DNA from: Phoronis australis | Taxonomy: Eukaryota > Animalia > Phoronida | Reading direction: 5' to 3' | Assembly: GCA_002633005.1 (NCBI GenBank) | Contig: NMRA01000232.1 | Coordinates: 151,181 to 215,180 of the forward strand | Length of the DNA: 64,000 nt | Shown: piece by piece, positions 28,186 through 40,669 of the stretch | Layout: each line of letters starts with the position of its first letter | Position numbering within the stretch: position 1 is the stretch's first letter | Position numbers and translations under genes: made by a program | The notes under the pieces: model-generated | The model's input: only the letters and a program-made list of their open reading frames with translations | Databases searched by the model: none | Told to the model about the DNA's origin: nothing

Positions 28186-29140
28186 AATACATGCATTGTG
28201 AAAGCTGTCAAGCAACAGTTTTTGTTACAGTTGTTAGGAGTGGCGGCCTTTTGGACTTGTGACTCAGGCGGTGTTTTTTATTACTACTTTCATATTTTAT
28301 AGGTTTGTGGTCTCAAGATCAGAGGACCTATATTTTAAAGAGTGTTATCCCGAACAAGCTGTGCGTTGTTCGTTTGTGAAATTTTTGAATTCACTTAAAA
28401 AGAATACTAAGCCCTGTTTTGACGATTTCAACCAATGTTCGTTCTGTCATCTGCTGATGCATTATTGGTGTCAATCTTGATAGATCAAAGCAAGCAGGAA
28501 TTAACGAAAAACTGATACCCCTATCTCATATTTTGGTCCTTTGTGGGTGTTTTTCCCCACAATTGCCATGAAATTCGCAAAAAGCACAGGTCACGCTTAT
28601 CCGTTTAGCAGACTGCGAAAGGAGTTTTCAAATTTTCCTCCAAACTTTTGAGGGTTGTCGAGGGTTACAGACCATTATTTTGTTCCAAAGAACTGGATAC
28701 TAAAGTCGTTTTTGCTATCTGTTAATAGATCAAAACCGGGTTTGGTATCCTTTTAATGTTCTGAAGTGCCCTTTGTCGAAAGGTTATTGGCCCGATTGGT
28801 CTACTGAACATAACACTTTGCAGTAAAACTATGTAGTTGAAACGAAAAAAGTGTCAGGTAACTGTATTCCCATGACTACGATTGGTGGGTCGCAAGGCTA
28901 GGCAGACAAGAACAGAAATTTTCGAAAATTATTCTGCTACATTTAATGGTTCACCTAATTAACAATAAATACGTTGGGAAGCCAACTGTTGCAAATACCG
29001 AAATGTGCACTGTTTTACAATGCTAATTAATGTAAGTCTGAAAGACAGGCTCTATGCTGACTGCATGGATCAAAAATAAAAATAAAAAAATCGCCAGGAA
29101 AACGAAATTAGCTACTAAAAACCACAAAAAAATCTTAAAT

Positions 29141-29210
29141 GGGAGGAGGGGAAACCCTCTCCCGACCTTCCTTCCCCTCGGCGCTTACTGAAAACCTAGA
29201 TCTGCCACTG
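29141..29210 (-). mobile_element. Inverted copy of the hAT-like terminus at 27440-27535
   Basis: ggaggaggggaaaccctctcccgaccttccttcccc...ttactgaaaacctagatctgccactg is the reverse complement of the 27440 end. Confidence 0.65.
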
Positions 29211-30280
29211 GCGTTCACAAGATTTTTTGTCTGTCAATTATAATTGTTAAAGCGGCTTGACAGATTTTGATGGAACTTCACACCAAGGTTTATGGATGCG
29301 ATGAGCCAACACCATTTCATTTTGGACGAATTTAATGGCCAAAAGTAAAATTAATAATGTCTGTGAAAGCTGTTTTAAAAAACTGTTGACAGTCCACCAA
29401 TACCGAAAGAAGATTTAGACCTGAGATTTCGAATATGTTTCAAAACAATATCTACAGATATGTGGTTGAAATTGAAAGTGTGTTTGGGAAGAGTTGAAAA
29501 ATAATTGGAGAATTCATCGAACGAATGTCCTAACGGTGGGGCTGATTTTTTCCTATATTAACGAAAAAAGTGAATAAAAATTTCTACATGTTCTTAAATT
29601 TTGCGAATGTACTCACTTTTGAAGGGTTGACTACTACAGACTTAATTGTTCCCACGTTTTCTTTATGTCGTCGTAGGTTTTGTGAAATTCTTGTCCATAA
29701 AACATTGTTTTTGCTTACTCTATGACAGATTTGAGGATGTTCTTATAAACTTGTAGGCTGTGTTTATAAATAGAGTAAACAGGCAAAGTAGAAGACGTTC
29801 TTTTCAGTTTGTAGTATAGATTGTCTCTAAATTTTACTGAGAGGCGTATGCCGCGTGTCATCCATTTATTTTTGTTTGTTTATATTTGTTGAAGTTAACA
29901 GATTTATTTGTAAAGTATTTATCTCGTAGTGAAGTTAATATCTTTTATAATTATTGTTTGGGTCACAATAGGGATCAGAGTTTAAAAGATGGTCGAAGTT
30001 TATGGAATGTACGTTATGTCTAAAATTTACCTTTGACTGAGGGGTGCACGTTTTAGTGGTAGTATACTTACGTTTTTGACAAGTATCTTCAAGAACTGGT
30101 ATTTAAGTATCCAGAAATTCAAATATTTGAAAGTTTCTTGTGTCACTCTTGTCAACAGTGAACGTTCTCTGACGGCTAATCATCGCGCAGAAGGGATATT
30201 TCCTACGCCTCGAATGGCATCAGCGCCATCTTTAGGCTTCCGGACGAAGCGATTTACTCTACCTGTCTACACATAACTCC

Positions 30281-33200
30281 ATTTCTTTTTTAATACGTTT
30301 ATTATATTCACAACCATAGCTTACAAAAGAGCAATTTGATACATGTTATAAACATTACCCCTACTGCCAGGGTGTAAATACACAAGCGTATTTTAATACC
30401 ATTCACACCCCATTAACATCGGAATCAACTATAGCCACATGTGTAATTATTAGATTGTTTGACAAAAAGTCCTTCAACAGGGATCCATCTTCTTCTAAAA
30501 TGCCCACAATTCAAGCTCTTATAGTAAATTATCTATTCTATGTTATGAAATTCAAAAATTTCTTTTTTCAGCCATTGCAAGCAGGGAGGTCTGTAATTTA
30601 ACCTAGCTCTCTATATATGACGTTTTACTACGGAAATGAAGAGATTCAGTACAATGGTTGGCCACCACTTGCCCTAACTGTCAAACGCAACCTAATAACA
30701 ATCCCTGTTTTGGCTGTAAACCAGTTGTTTACCAACTTCCAAAAATTCTGAATAACTCCACACTCCCAAAATACATGACAAAGATTCTTGGGGTCTTTTC
30801 CGCAGCATGTACAGAGTGGTGAGTTAACTATTCCTATTTTAAATAAGAAACAGTTTGTGCTTAGAATTCTGTGAGTAAGTCTTATTTGGAACCATTTAAG
30901 ATTCGTTTCTTTTGTGAACGAAGAATTAAATCAAAAACAGTTCTCCACCATTTACCTGAAAGTTCTCTATTAAGAAGTCTTCCCACTTACTTTGTAATTT
31001 TGTTTTTTGTATAAGCAAGTAACAAACTTATTATACACACTCTTCTCGTTTTTACATGACTGTGTTACGTAAAGTGGTAATTTAACTCTGGGCGGTTAAG
31101 AAGAATGATTTTTGATAAATCCAATGTTTAAAAAAGTTACAAACAACGGAAGCCCATGAATACAGTGAATGAGGGAGAAAATCCATAGTAATTACAAAAG
31201 TCTTTGTAAGACATCAAATTACCGTAAGAGTCCAAAAATCGTAAATATATACAATGTCCTTAGTATACCAACTTTCATAAAATATGTAATTCTTGTCAAT
31301 TGAGATTTTGGGATTAAACCAGATTGGCTCGTAAGGAGTCATTGCGTTGTTAACAGTGAAAATTCCAACCAATTCTCCAACATTTCGAAAAACTTCTTCC
31401 CAAAACTGATTCTTAACCGAAGAAGCGAAAGAACGATACTAGGCCTCACCGAAATAAAACGCGTTACGCGAAAGCACGTCATTTGTAGAAATTAAAAGTT
31501 TCTTCCAGGACCTCTCATCGCTACATGTACGTATCAATCTTCTGAACCAAGAAATATTAAGGGATTTGATGAATGAATTCAGATGAACCCTTTTGCACCA
31601 TCCCAGAGAAAAATCTTGAGTCACGGCAGCTCTCGTAATTTTGTCAGGTTTATTGCCTTAGATGAAACTGTAAAATAGTTTATCTAGCCATAGTGTTGTC
31701 TGACGGAGAGGGCAATATTGTCAAGAGATAGACCAATTTGGCAGGGCAAAAGATTTAATGACAATTATTTTGTCAAAACTTGTTAACGACCTTTTGGGCC
31801 ACTTTCTTAACATCGATCTCATTTCACACTTTTGTCATCGTTGTTATTTGCTAACATTTCTCTTAAATTTATATGAAAGTTTGTGATACCAAGGGCGGTA
31901 AATGAATCTCTACGCCAAAAGAGATCAAATTTTGGACACAAGCGTAATACATAAGTTTCATTGAACCAATCCATATACACTGAGTCTTCCCAGGCCCAGG
32001 TTGGGTTTCAAGCCCGAGAACTTGTAAAACTGGCCCAACATTACAAATTCACAGAATATTTTAGAGATTCGTTGAAGCCATCCAGACAGAGAACTGTAGG
32101 CCTATCATCGGCGTACTGTAAAATTTTTAACTGCAAAGAGCCTATATTGTTACCGTTTACATTATAACTTTGGCGAAACATTGTGACCATAATCTCGGCA
32201 CCAATAATGCACAGATAGGGAGAGAGAGGGTCTCCTTGACGGCATCCGCGACCAATTTCGAAAAACTGTGACGTGAAGCCATCTTGAATAACATAAAGTT
32301 TCGCACCCTTGTTCAGAATGCGAACCCGCGTTTTTTGCCAAAATTGAAAAAACGCAGTGTTGTGTATAAACTTCCATAAGACAGAATCCTTTTTCAAAGT
32401 CAACCGTTAAGAGACCTGGGATACTATACAAAGTCAACCGTTAAGAGACCTGGGATACTATACAAAGTCAACCGTTAAGAGACCTGGGATACTATACAAA
32501 GTCAACCGTTAAGAGACCTGAGATACTATACAAAGTCAACCGTTAAGAGACCTGGGATACTATATGTTCATGAGTCAAATGAAGTAGATCGTACATTGTT
32601 CTCGTATTTTCTCTTATAAACCTTCCGTTTATAAATCCCGATTGATCGTTGCTTATTAGTTTATTAATGACTGATTTAATACGTGGGCGATACAGCGCCC
32701 TAAAGAATCTTGTAGCTCGTATTTAATAGGGAGATAGGGCGCCAATTGCCAAGACGCTCCCTTGTTTTTACCCTTAGGAATCAAGAAAATTGCACCTTGA
32801 TGTTGACTATCAGGTAAGGAACCCAATTCGAAACTTCTATTGAACGATCTCACCATAAAGACAGAAATGTCTTTCCAGAAAATTTACTCAACTCGGACGA
32901 CTGAGAAGCCACAAGGACCTGGCGTTTGTTGTTTTTCATATATCGCAACGCCTCAAGAGCTACCTCGACTGAATTTTTTTTTTCTCAAGCGTATCACTTT
33001 CGTGCCCTGAGAGCTTGGGACCCTTGTTGATAATAACGAACACAAGTCAACGTCATCCAGTTCGTCATCTTACAACTGTAAAGTGATTCCTAAAAGTACA
33101 GATTTCTGAAAGAAATCAGTTTGACTTGTGATAATATTTCCTTCGCAATTCATTAACTTCGTTACATTTTTGGTGATAATTATATTTTTTTTTCTAAATT

Positions 33201-33420
33201 GGCAAAGTATTTGGACGGTTTTCTCCCTGTTCATTACTTAGAGCAGGGTCTTATAACGTGGAACCTCATGAGACTCTCTCCTTCGAGCATTTCCTAAAAT
33301 AACTGAGAGTGGCTGTTTTGTGTAAACTCCAGCGAAAACGTCCTCTAAAAGTGCCATTTGTTGGGCCGATGTCTCTTTACAAAAATAAATAGTTTCCTTT
33401 CTTATTTTCATTATGCTTCA
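30281..33420 (-). mobile_element. Decayed L1/Tx1-clade LINE ORF2 with 3' poly(A)
   Basis: Minus-strand motifs QGAIFLIPKG, WQLAPYLP (WRPI-like), TVDFEKG, RGCRQGDPLSPYL, LQYADD and a C-terminal LCTCCGKD..HVFWEC zinc knuckle. aataaa and an A-rich tail lie at ~30281-30303. Many stops and frameshifts. Confidence 0.88.
32395..32564. repeat. 34-bp tandem repeat, 5 copies, inside the LINE RT region
   Basis: caaagtcaaccgttaagagacctgggatactata x5 with one g>a variant. Confidence 0.97.
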
Positions 33421-34483
33421 AAAAAATAATAATAATCAAACGCCGTCAATGGACCGTGAGTTGTATCTCATCACGTGGAATAAGTAGCCGATATATAAGT
33501 TATCTTTGTTATAAAGAATAATTGCACATTCCTCGATAACTTTGATTATGGTTTTCCTTACCAAGTTACATAGGGGGCTGGGGGGGGGGGGGGGGGGNNN
33601 NNNNNNNNCACTTTTATCAGTGCTGGCGCTGTCCATGGTCTATGAGCGGTGCACCACGTTAAGGGGGCTGTGGGGGGGAGGGGGCTGTAGCCCCCACTTT
33701 TTTCAGTGCTGCGCCCCCCCCATGAGTTAACATAATCCGATAAAGGAGAGATATTGAATCGCCACAAGCCCCCGGCGGCCTCTAGAGCAATTTGTTACTC
33801 AAAAACTGAGGCTCCAGTTTCTTAAGTTTGATGAGAGTTTATTTTTTCAAAAACTTGTAAGTTTTGTAAAACTTAAGTTTGTTCCAAAAGTTTGCTTCAT
33901 TTTTTGTTTTTTTCACACTAAAAACTTTTTAGTGAAAACTTAAGTTCATTTTTGTAAGAGTTCAGTGGCTTAATTGAAACTTCGACACAAAGATTTGTTT
34001 TGTTTTCACTTTATCGCGGAATAAAAGAGTGGATTTAGCTCAGGACCTTGCAAATTGCCATTGACATCATAACATCATATGCATATCGAATATATTTTTG
34101 TCTCGCCTCAGACACTTTTGTTGAAACAATCCTGAATATACTGGCAATGGCATCATAGACTGTAGACAACTACAGTCCACCGTGGCATAGTAAGCCGCAG
34201 GCATGCTGTTTGCAACCTTTTGAAAATCCTGCAACTATCTTTCTGTTCGTTTAAACAGCTCAAGGAAACACCCAATGTAGACTGCAGATGCGCGAGGACT
34301 CTTTATGTAAGGGGAACTTCTTCAACGTTCCCAGCCCTGTAGTTTAGACGTTCAGTCCGGTCAACGAAGTCGTAATAAGCCTACGTGGTGTTTCAAATTT
34401 TAGGGTGTTGACCTACATTCATTGAAGATCCACCTTCGACTCGACTCTCGTTGTTGTCGTGCTCATAGAGATTACATCCTAAC

Positions 34484-37303
34484 ATGCCGTTTGCGAAGCC
34501 CAGATCCAGAGCTAAGTATGCAGAGAAAGAGAAAAAAGACGCAGAGAGGCTCCATCTGTTGAAATCAGTTGTTGATGGATTGAGGGAAAAGCGAGACAAG
34601 GGCGGAGGCTCTGTGCGGCTCATGACTCCAGAGGAGACGGAGTTCATTCGGCTAAAGAATAGAATGAGGAGGAGACGACAGCGTGAACGACAAAGAGCGA
34701 TAATGCAGGTTTATGCGCTTGTCTATTTGTTCAGATGGTTACTTTACTTTCCAGTGCTAATAATGTGGGTCTGTGTGTGTTGTAAACCGAAAAACTGAAA
34801 TCTCATATAACTGAATTACGTAGCCAGGGCTCATCAACAAACTGGGTGAGGTCCTAGCTGGTACAGACGATGTGTACGATTAACACAAGCTGCCAACGTC
34901 ATATGACAGTTCGCGGGTAATATTGTCTGCACTTGGAAGAGAGTGTAGTTGTCCAAGGAGGGGAATTCAGAACCAGTGATAGATCTAGGATTAAGGGGGC
35001 CCAACATTTTGTAGCACCGAATGGAGGGAGGTCGGGAGGGTGGTTTCTAGCTTCTTCTGCCCAGGGGAGAATTTTGTTTGTGTCTCAGAAAACAAGCATT
35101 TACCTTGATTTCTGAAGTAGAATAAAGAAGAAAAAAACCCTGAGAATATGTGTAAAACTGGAAAATTTGTAAAATTGCAAGGACTCTAACCAGAGTTTTT
35201 ATGCTCTTCCATTTCGCCACAGCGCTTCCACCTACAACGTCATGCTAATTAGAGTCACACTTATTTATGGTCCACAGCATTCGCATGCGAATCTGCCTCT
35301 TCTCCTGTTTATTTCACGCTTTATATTTTGTGTAATTCAGTTCATAGCAAAAGTAATTGTTGTGTTTAAAGTTGCCTAAAAGACCAAATCCATTTTCGTG
35401 TTGGCATGAACCACGTGCTTGCTTTGCAAATCATCTTAATTTAAATGTTTAACAAAGAGAGAATTATGAGTTTCTGATTGATTCACTAAGGCTTCGATTA
35501 AAATTTACATCTTAACCAGCAGGGTCTGAACACCCCCCAACATGCACACACAAACCAAAAACTCCACACATTGTCAAATCTTGTTTCGGCCATGTAATGT
35601 TAATTAGCAGGTTAATTATTAAACTCAATATTTCCTTGCTTTTGTTGTTTTATTTATTTTGCGGTCTCCAAGTGGAGAGGGGGCCTCCCAAATCCGCCTA
35701 TGAGAACCATGGTAATCGCTATACGAAGGCTATGTTTTGCAGGCCAGTCAGAATAACCAACAAGTACAGAGTCAGAGTTCAAAATCTGCTGAAGTGAGAT
35801 CCCACCCAGGAGATGTCACAAGAGGGAGTTTGTGTATTGGAAAAACTGTCAGCTACTCAGGAGGTTTGTGGAAAAATTTCTGAATGCTCAAATAGAAGGA
35901 CAAAGCATTTAATTTAATGTTGTCTCAAGGAATTGCCAAATTGAGTTCTCTAAGTTACTTCTGTACTCTTAAATTTCACAGGAGTCAAACTGAAGTCCTG
36001 TCTTTCTTAGCTAAAACAAATAATGAGCAATATGTATTAAGTGTATGCATGCCCCTAGTTTATGTAAAAATTATTGGGAGTTGTATGTTATCAAGTTTGT
36101 GAAAATCTGCCTGTTCATAACCAGGTTTGCCTGCTACTTCCTCTGTGAAATGTCGTGCATTGCTAGTAAATTCTGATAGCTGCAGACTGGTCGGCAGGTT
36201 GGGTTCAAGAGAATCTGTACGCAGCAAAGTCCTGGGTAAAATGTGGCCTAAACAACAGTACTGAAATTATCTGTACATGTAGATCCAAGTAAACATATAT
36301 TTATTTCTCACTGCTTGTAGTTTGGCCTTCTAGCGCGCACAACTCTCAAATTTCATCATACTAGTAATATTTTGTTAATAAAGTACACAGAGTCATGAAT
36401 TTTCATTAGTAAAGCCATGGATCCAGAATTTTGTCGAGGGGGTCAAGCACTATGGACAATTGAGAATCATATGTATACTGATTCAGGAGGCCAAACTCAG
36501 ACAAGATGTGACTGGCTGACAATTGCAAGACCGCACACTTGGTGTCAAACCTTAGGCCTTCTATGTCGCACTAGGCCGAGACAACACTAACAAAACCCTT
36601 TTGAAGTGATGTTCTGTAACCATATATCACACAAGATGACATTCATTTTTCAGTGTCTGATTTGTGCATGGGCAGTGATCCTGATGTTTCAAGCGAGGAT
36701 GTCAAGCCAATTGTTATGAATGGGGTGGTTATTGAACAAGGACCGCTCGGTTCCCAGTCTGATGCCAACTCTGATGTAATGTCAGTGGCAACCCTCAACG
36801 ATTCCACAGATACAGGGTCTAGTTCTTTAGATCGTGTAACGACAGCTTTCACTGCTCACGAACAAAGTGGTGCACATGAACTGAGGGCAGGTGCTTTATA
36901 TCCAGGAGATCCATGCTTTATTCAGACGAGAAATTGTGTGGGAGTTGACACAGTAACACCCGAAGTGCATTCAGATCTGATGAGCCTACAAAGGTTAGTT
37001 TTACAGGCAAAGCTTGAGCAAGTTTTATCGGAGAAACAGAGAATTGACAGCGAGAGAAATAAAATAGAAATCGAAGGAATGAAACTAGAGGTGGAAAAGG
37101 GGAAAGTTCAGCTAGAAATGGAGAAAGTGAAAGCAGAAACAGATCTGATCATTGCTGAGCGTGAGAAAGTTCAAGCTGAAAAAGAAAAACTTCTGTCAGA
37201 AAAAGAAAAGTTGAACTGTGAAAAGGAGATGATAAAATATACAACAGAAAAAATCATTTTGCAAAAGGAGAAGTTGAAAAGAGAATTAAAATTTTGTCAT
37301 TAA
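34484..37303 (+). CDS. Uncharacterised ~331-aa protein with N-terminal Arg-rich basic helix and C-terminal coiled coil; exons 34484-34708, 35743-35863, 36654-37303
   Basis: All introns are GT-AG, phases 0 and 1 are consistent, and the 996-nt frame is open from aacATG to TAA. Contains TPEETEFIRLKNRMRRRRQRERQR and E/K/L heptads LQRLVLQAKLEQVLSEKQ...ILQKEKLKREL. Confidence 0.78.
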
Positions 37304-38927
37304 AAATACAGATTCTGAATCATATCTCTAATCACATACCCAAGGAAATCGTGGTAATATTGTTATATAATCACTCTTGAACACCCCGTACCCTAGACCC
37401 TCAGTCAGGCATACATTCAAGCCTAATTTCAACGGAATTTTTTTATTTTAGATGTATTGGGCTAACCAGATAGTCCCAGCAAAGCCTTGGTAAAATAAGA
37501 AAACGCGAGTTCAGTCACGCATATGTAAGCCCGTCAAATGATAAGTGAATCTGCCTTTTCGTGCCATGTTGCATCACTGCGAGATCCCAGCACAAACAAC
37601 AAAAGGTTGTATTGAATAGGGGTCTGAATAGAACACCATTGCGTGCGATTATTATTCGCAGCTGTTTGAATTAAAAGGCCGTGATTCTTGCGGTGACGTA
37701 AACGAAAGCAAGCTAATACGCCTAACAGTTCGTTATATTTAGCAATTTTGACACTAGTGGGCTCAGAGCGATGCTCTTAACATACAGTACTGTAGGAACC
37801 AAATTTACCGTTAAAGATGGGCTTTCATGATAGCATATTAGTGATTATGATCATGTGTCAAGGAATCATGAATAAAGGTAGTGCAGAGTCAGAGGTATCA
37901 TGGGCACCATCCCCAGCTCCCCAATTTTTGTATTGCTGCTGTGATCGCCATGTGGTTATGACCCTGGATCTACGCCTGTAGATTACATGCAAATTACAAA
38001 TCATTTAGATTATTGGTTGTGCACTTTTTTAAGTTTGGACGTGCTTTACCAAGTGAGCGATATCACAAGTGTTAACTCTGCTGAATGTGTCATTTCATGA
38101 TGCGTCCACATATACAAACGTGAGTGCTTATGTTACCATCTTTTTGGTTCCTTGGGGCCTCAACTGTTGTATCTCTTTTTACAAGGATCTTAATGAGATT
38201 TGCCAGATGTATTCCCGGACCTATGAAGCTGACGACAAATTTGGAACTGATCTGACTACTGATCATGAAAACTGTCAAATGTGTTCCAGCTGAAAAGACT
38301 GCGGCTGATGTTGATTTTTGAATGAGCCCAAATATTGTGGTGTCCCCTTGTGGTAATTTCGTCCATGGTTGTATCTCCTTGTAGGACCTTTGCGAAGTTT
38401 GGCGAGTGTTTTCGTATGAATATGACAACGGGTGACGACTTTTGGATGGATCCGCCTACCCTGTGCCCACTAGTATCTATTGTATTTTTTACCCTTACGT
38501 ATTAAGGAAACAAAACCTATTCCTATTTTCGGATAGATTTGTTGTATTCTGTGCCATGGAGTGGCCATTTTCATTATTTATGAATCTGTTAGGCGTCCGC
38601 TTCTGTTTTTTGGACGGGTTTGGCTATTGTGGCACCCCCTAGTGGCTACTTTCTGCATGCGCAGTCGTATCTCCTTCATCACTTGCGTGAAAATTTGTGA
38701 ATTTTTTGTAATTGTTTTTACAAATGTTACGAGTGATTATGACTTTCGGTTGGATTTGACGAGCGCTGTGCCCCCCTGGTGACAATTTTATTTGTTTCTG
38801 TTTACGTCTGTGTCTGAAGAGTTCCTTGACAGAATTTTATGAAATTTGACAAATATGTTAATAGTAAGAAGACAACACGTGTCAATTTTTGGACCGATGA
38901 AACGTAGTTTACGGTGCCTAGCAGTCA

Positions 38928-40669
38928 TTTTTATATGCCCACATATATGTGGACGCATTATGCCGTAATCTCCGTCCGTCAGGCGTCCGCTGCTCTATCT
39001 CCAAAATGCTTTGACGTACGTTCATAAAATTTTGCACATATGTTCCTAATATGGATGGGATGGCATGAGCGAACTTTCAGAATGGATCAGACTACCGGTG
39101 TGCCCCCAAGTGGCAATATTAGTTTTTTACACTTACCTCTATATCTTCAAAGGTCCTAAACATATTTTCATAAAATTATGCATATAAGCATCTATTGGTG
39201 AGATGACGCTATCCTCTCGTTTTCGGATGGATTCGACGTAGTTTGCGCCACCTAGTGGCCACTTTTGCTGTTTTCGAGTCTGTTTTTTGGCGTCCACCCC
39301 TCTATCAACCAAACCGCTCTAAAGATGATGGTGGAAATTGGCATGTATGTTTTTAATATGAAGAGGACGGCTGATGATTTTCCGATGGTTTCAACTACTG
39401 TGGCTCCTCCTAGTGGCAGTTTTGTCTCTGCGCCCATGGTTGTATCTCCTAAACCGTTGGCAGGGACTTTACTAGATTCTGCAAGTGTATTTATATGATG
39501 TTGACAATGGATGACGACGACTTTCTAACGGATCTGACTACCAGTGTGCCCCCTAGTGGCAATTAATTTTTTATGTTTACCTCTGTATCTTCAAAGGTCC
39601 TGGAGTCATAAAATTTGGAATATAGGCACCTATTAGTGAGTTGACACTATCCTTCCGTTTTCGGATGGATTTGACGTAGTTTGCACCACCTAGTGGCCAT
39701 TTTTGCTGTTTTCGAGTCTGTTTGTTAGCGTCCATCCCTCTATCAACCAAACCGCTCCAAGGATGATTGTGGAAATTGGCCTGTATGTTCTTATTATGAA
39801 GAGGATGGCTGACGATTTTCCGACGGTTTCGACTACTGTGGCGCCTCCTAGTGGCAGTATTTTTTTGCGCCAATGGATTTATCTCCTAAACGGTTTGTAT
39901 CATCTTTGCTAAATTTAGCAAGTGTATTTATATGTTAACAACAGATGACAACTTTCGGACAGATCTGACAACTAGTGTGCCCCGTAGTGGCACTTTTCAT
40001 TTTTTAGGCTTACCTATGCATCTTCAAAGGTCCTCAATGGATTATCAGAGAGTTTGGAATATAGACATTTATGTGTGAGATGATGCTATCCTCCAGCTCT
40101 GGGATGGAATCAAGGAAATTTTGCACCACCTAGTGGCCATTATTCCTGTTTTCGAGTCTTGTTTTTTGGCGTCTACCCTTCGATCAACCAAACCATTCTG
40201 AGGATGACTTTGAAAATTGGTATATGGTATATGTTCTCAGTGTGAAGAGGACTGTGGACAGTAACACATTCAACTACTGTAGCACCTCCTAGTGGTGGTT
40301 TTGTTTTGTTTTGTGCCCACAGCTGCATCTCCTAAACTCACTGCAGGATCTTTAAATTTTGTAATTGTATTTATATGAAGCTAACAACAGATGACGTCTT
40401 TCAGGCGGAACCAATGAAGGCTGTGTCCCAAAGTGGCAATTTCATAATTTTTTGTTTTCCTTTGTTTCTGTGAAGTTCCTTGACAGATTTTTATGAAATT
40501 TTCTAAATAGCTTTCTATTAAAGAAGTGATGACATGAACCCATTTTCAGATGAATTGGATATTTTTTTGACTTCTTGTGGCTATTTTTATGAAACAAATA
40601 AACAATCCTGGAAGCACTCTGTTTGCGGTGCATTCGTGGGTGCATTTCTATGCTCTGCATTGCTCTTAT
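38928..40669 (+). mobile_element. Helentron-associated non-autonomous element (HINE/DINE-like) with internal ~146-bp satellite in a ~440-bp 3-mer higher-order repeat
   Basis: 5' end: T-run, subterminal IR at.tgcccacata/tatgtggacgcat, then (gtcc)n. 3' end: gtgggtgcat subTIR, stem-loop atgc-tct-gcat and ctctt. Termini match the copies at 49944 and 62422-62876. Confidence 0.8.
39100..40439 (-). promoter_or_regulatory. Array of 10 co-oriented CTCF-like motifs, one per monomer
   Basis: For example gcgccacctagtggcca (reverse complement tggCCACTAGGTGGCGC) at 39245. Variants start at 39100, 39403, 39546, 39683, 39841, 39977, 40123, 40282 and 40423. Motif match only; binding is not shown. Confidence 0.55.

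Noticed and set aside
39100-40440. CRISPR-like reading of the conserved motif plus variable spacer array
   Set aside because: Spacers are about 130 bp and homologous to each other every third unit, so this is a satellite.
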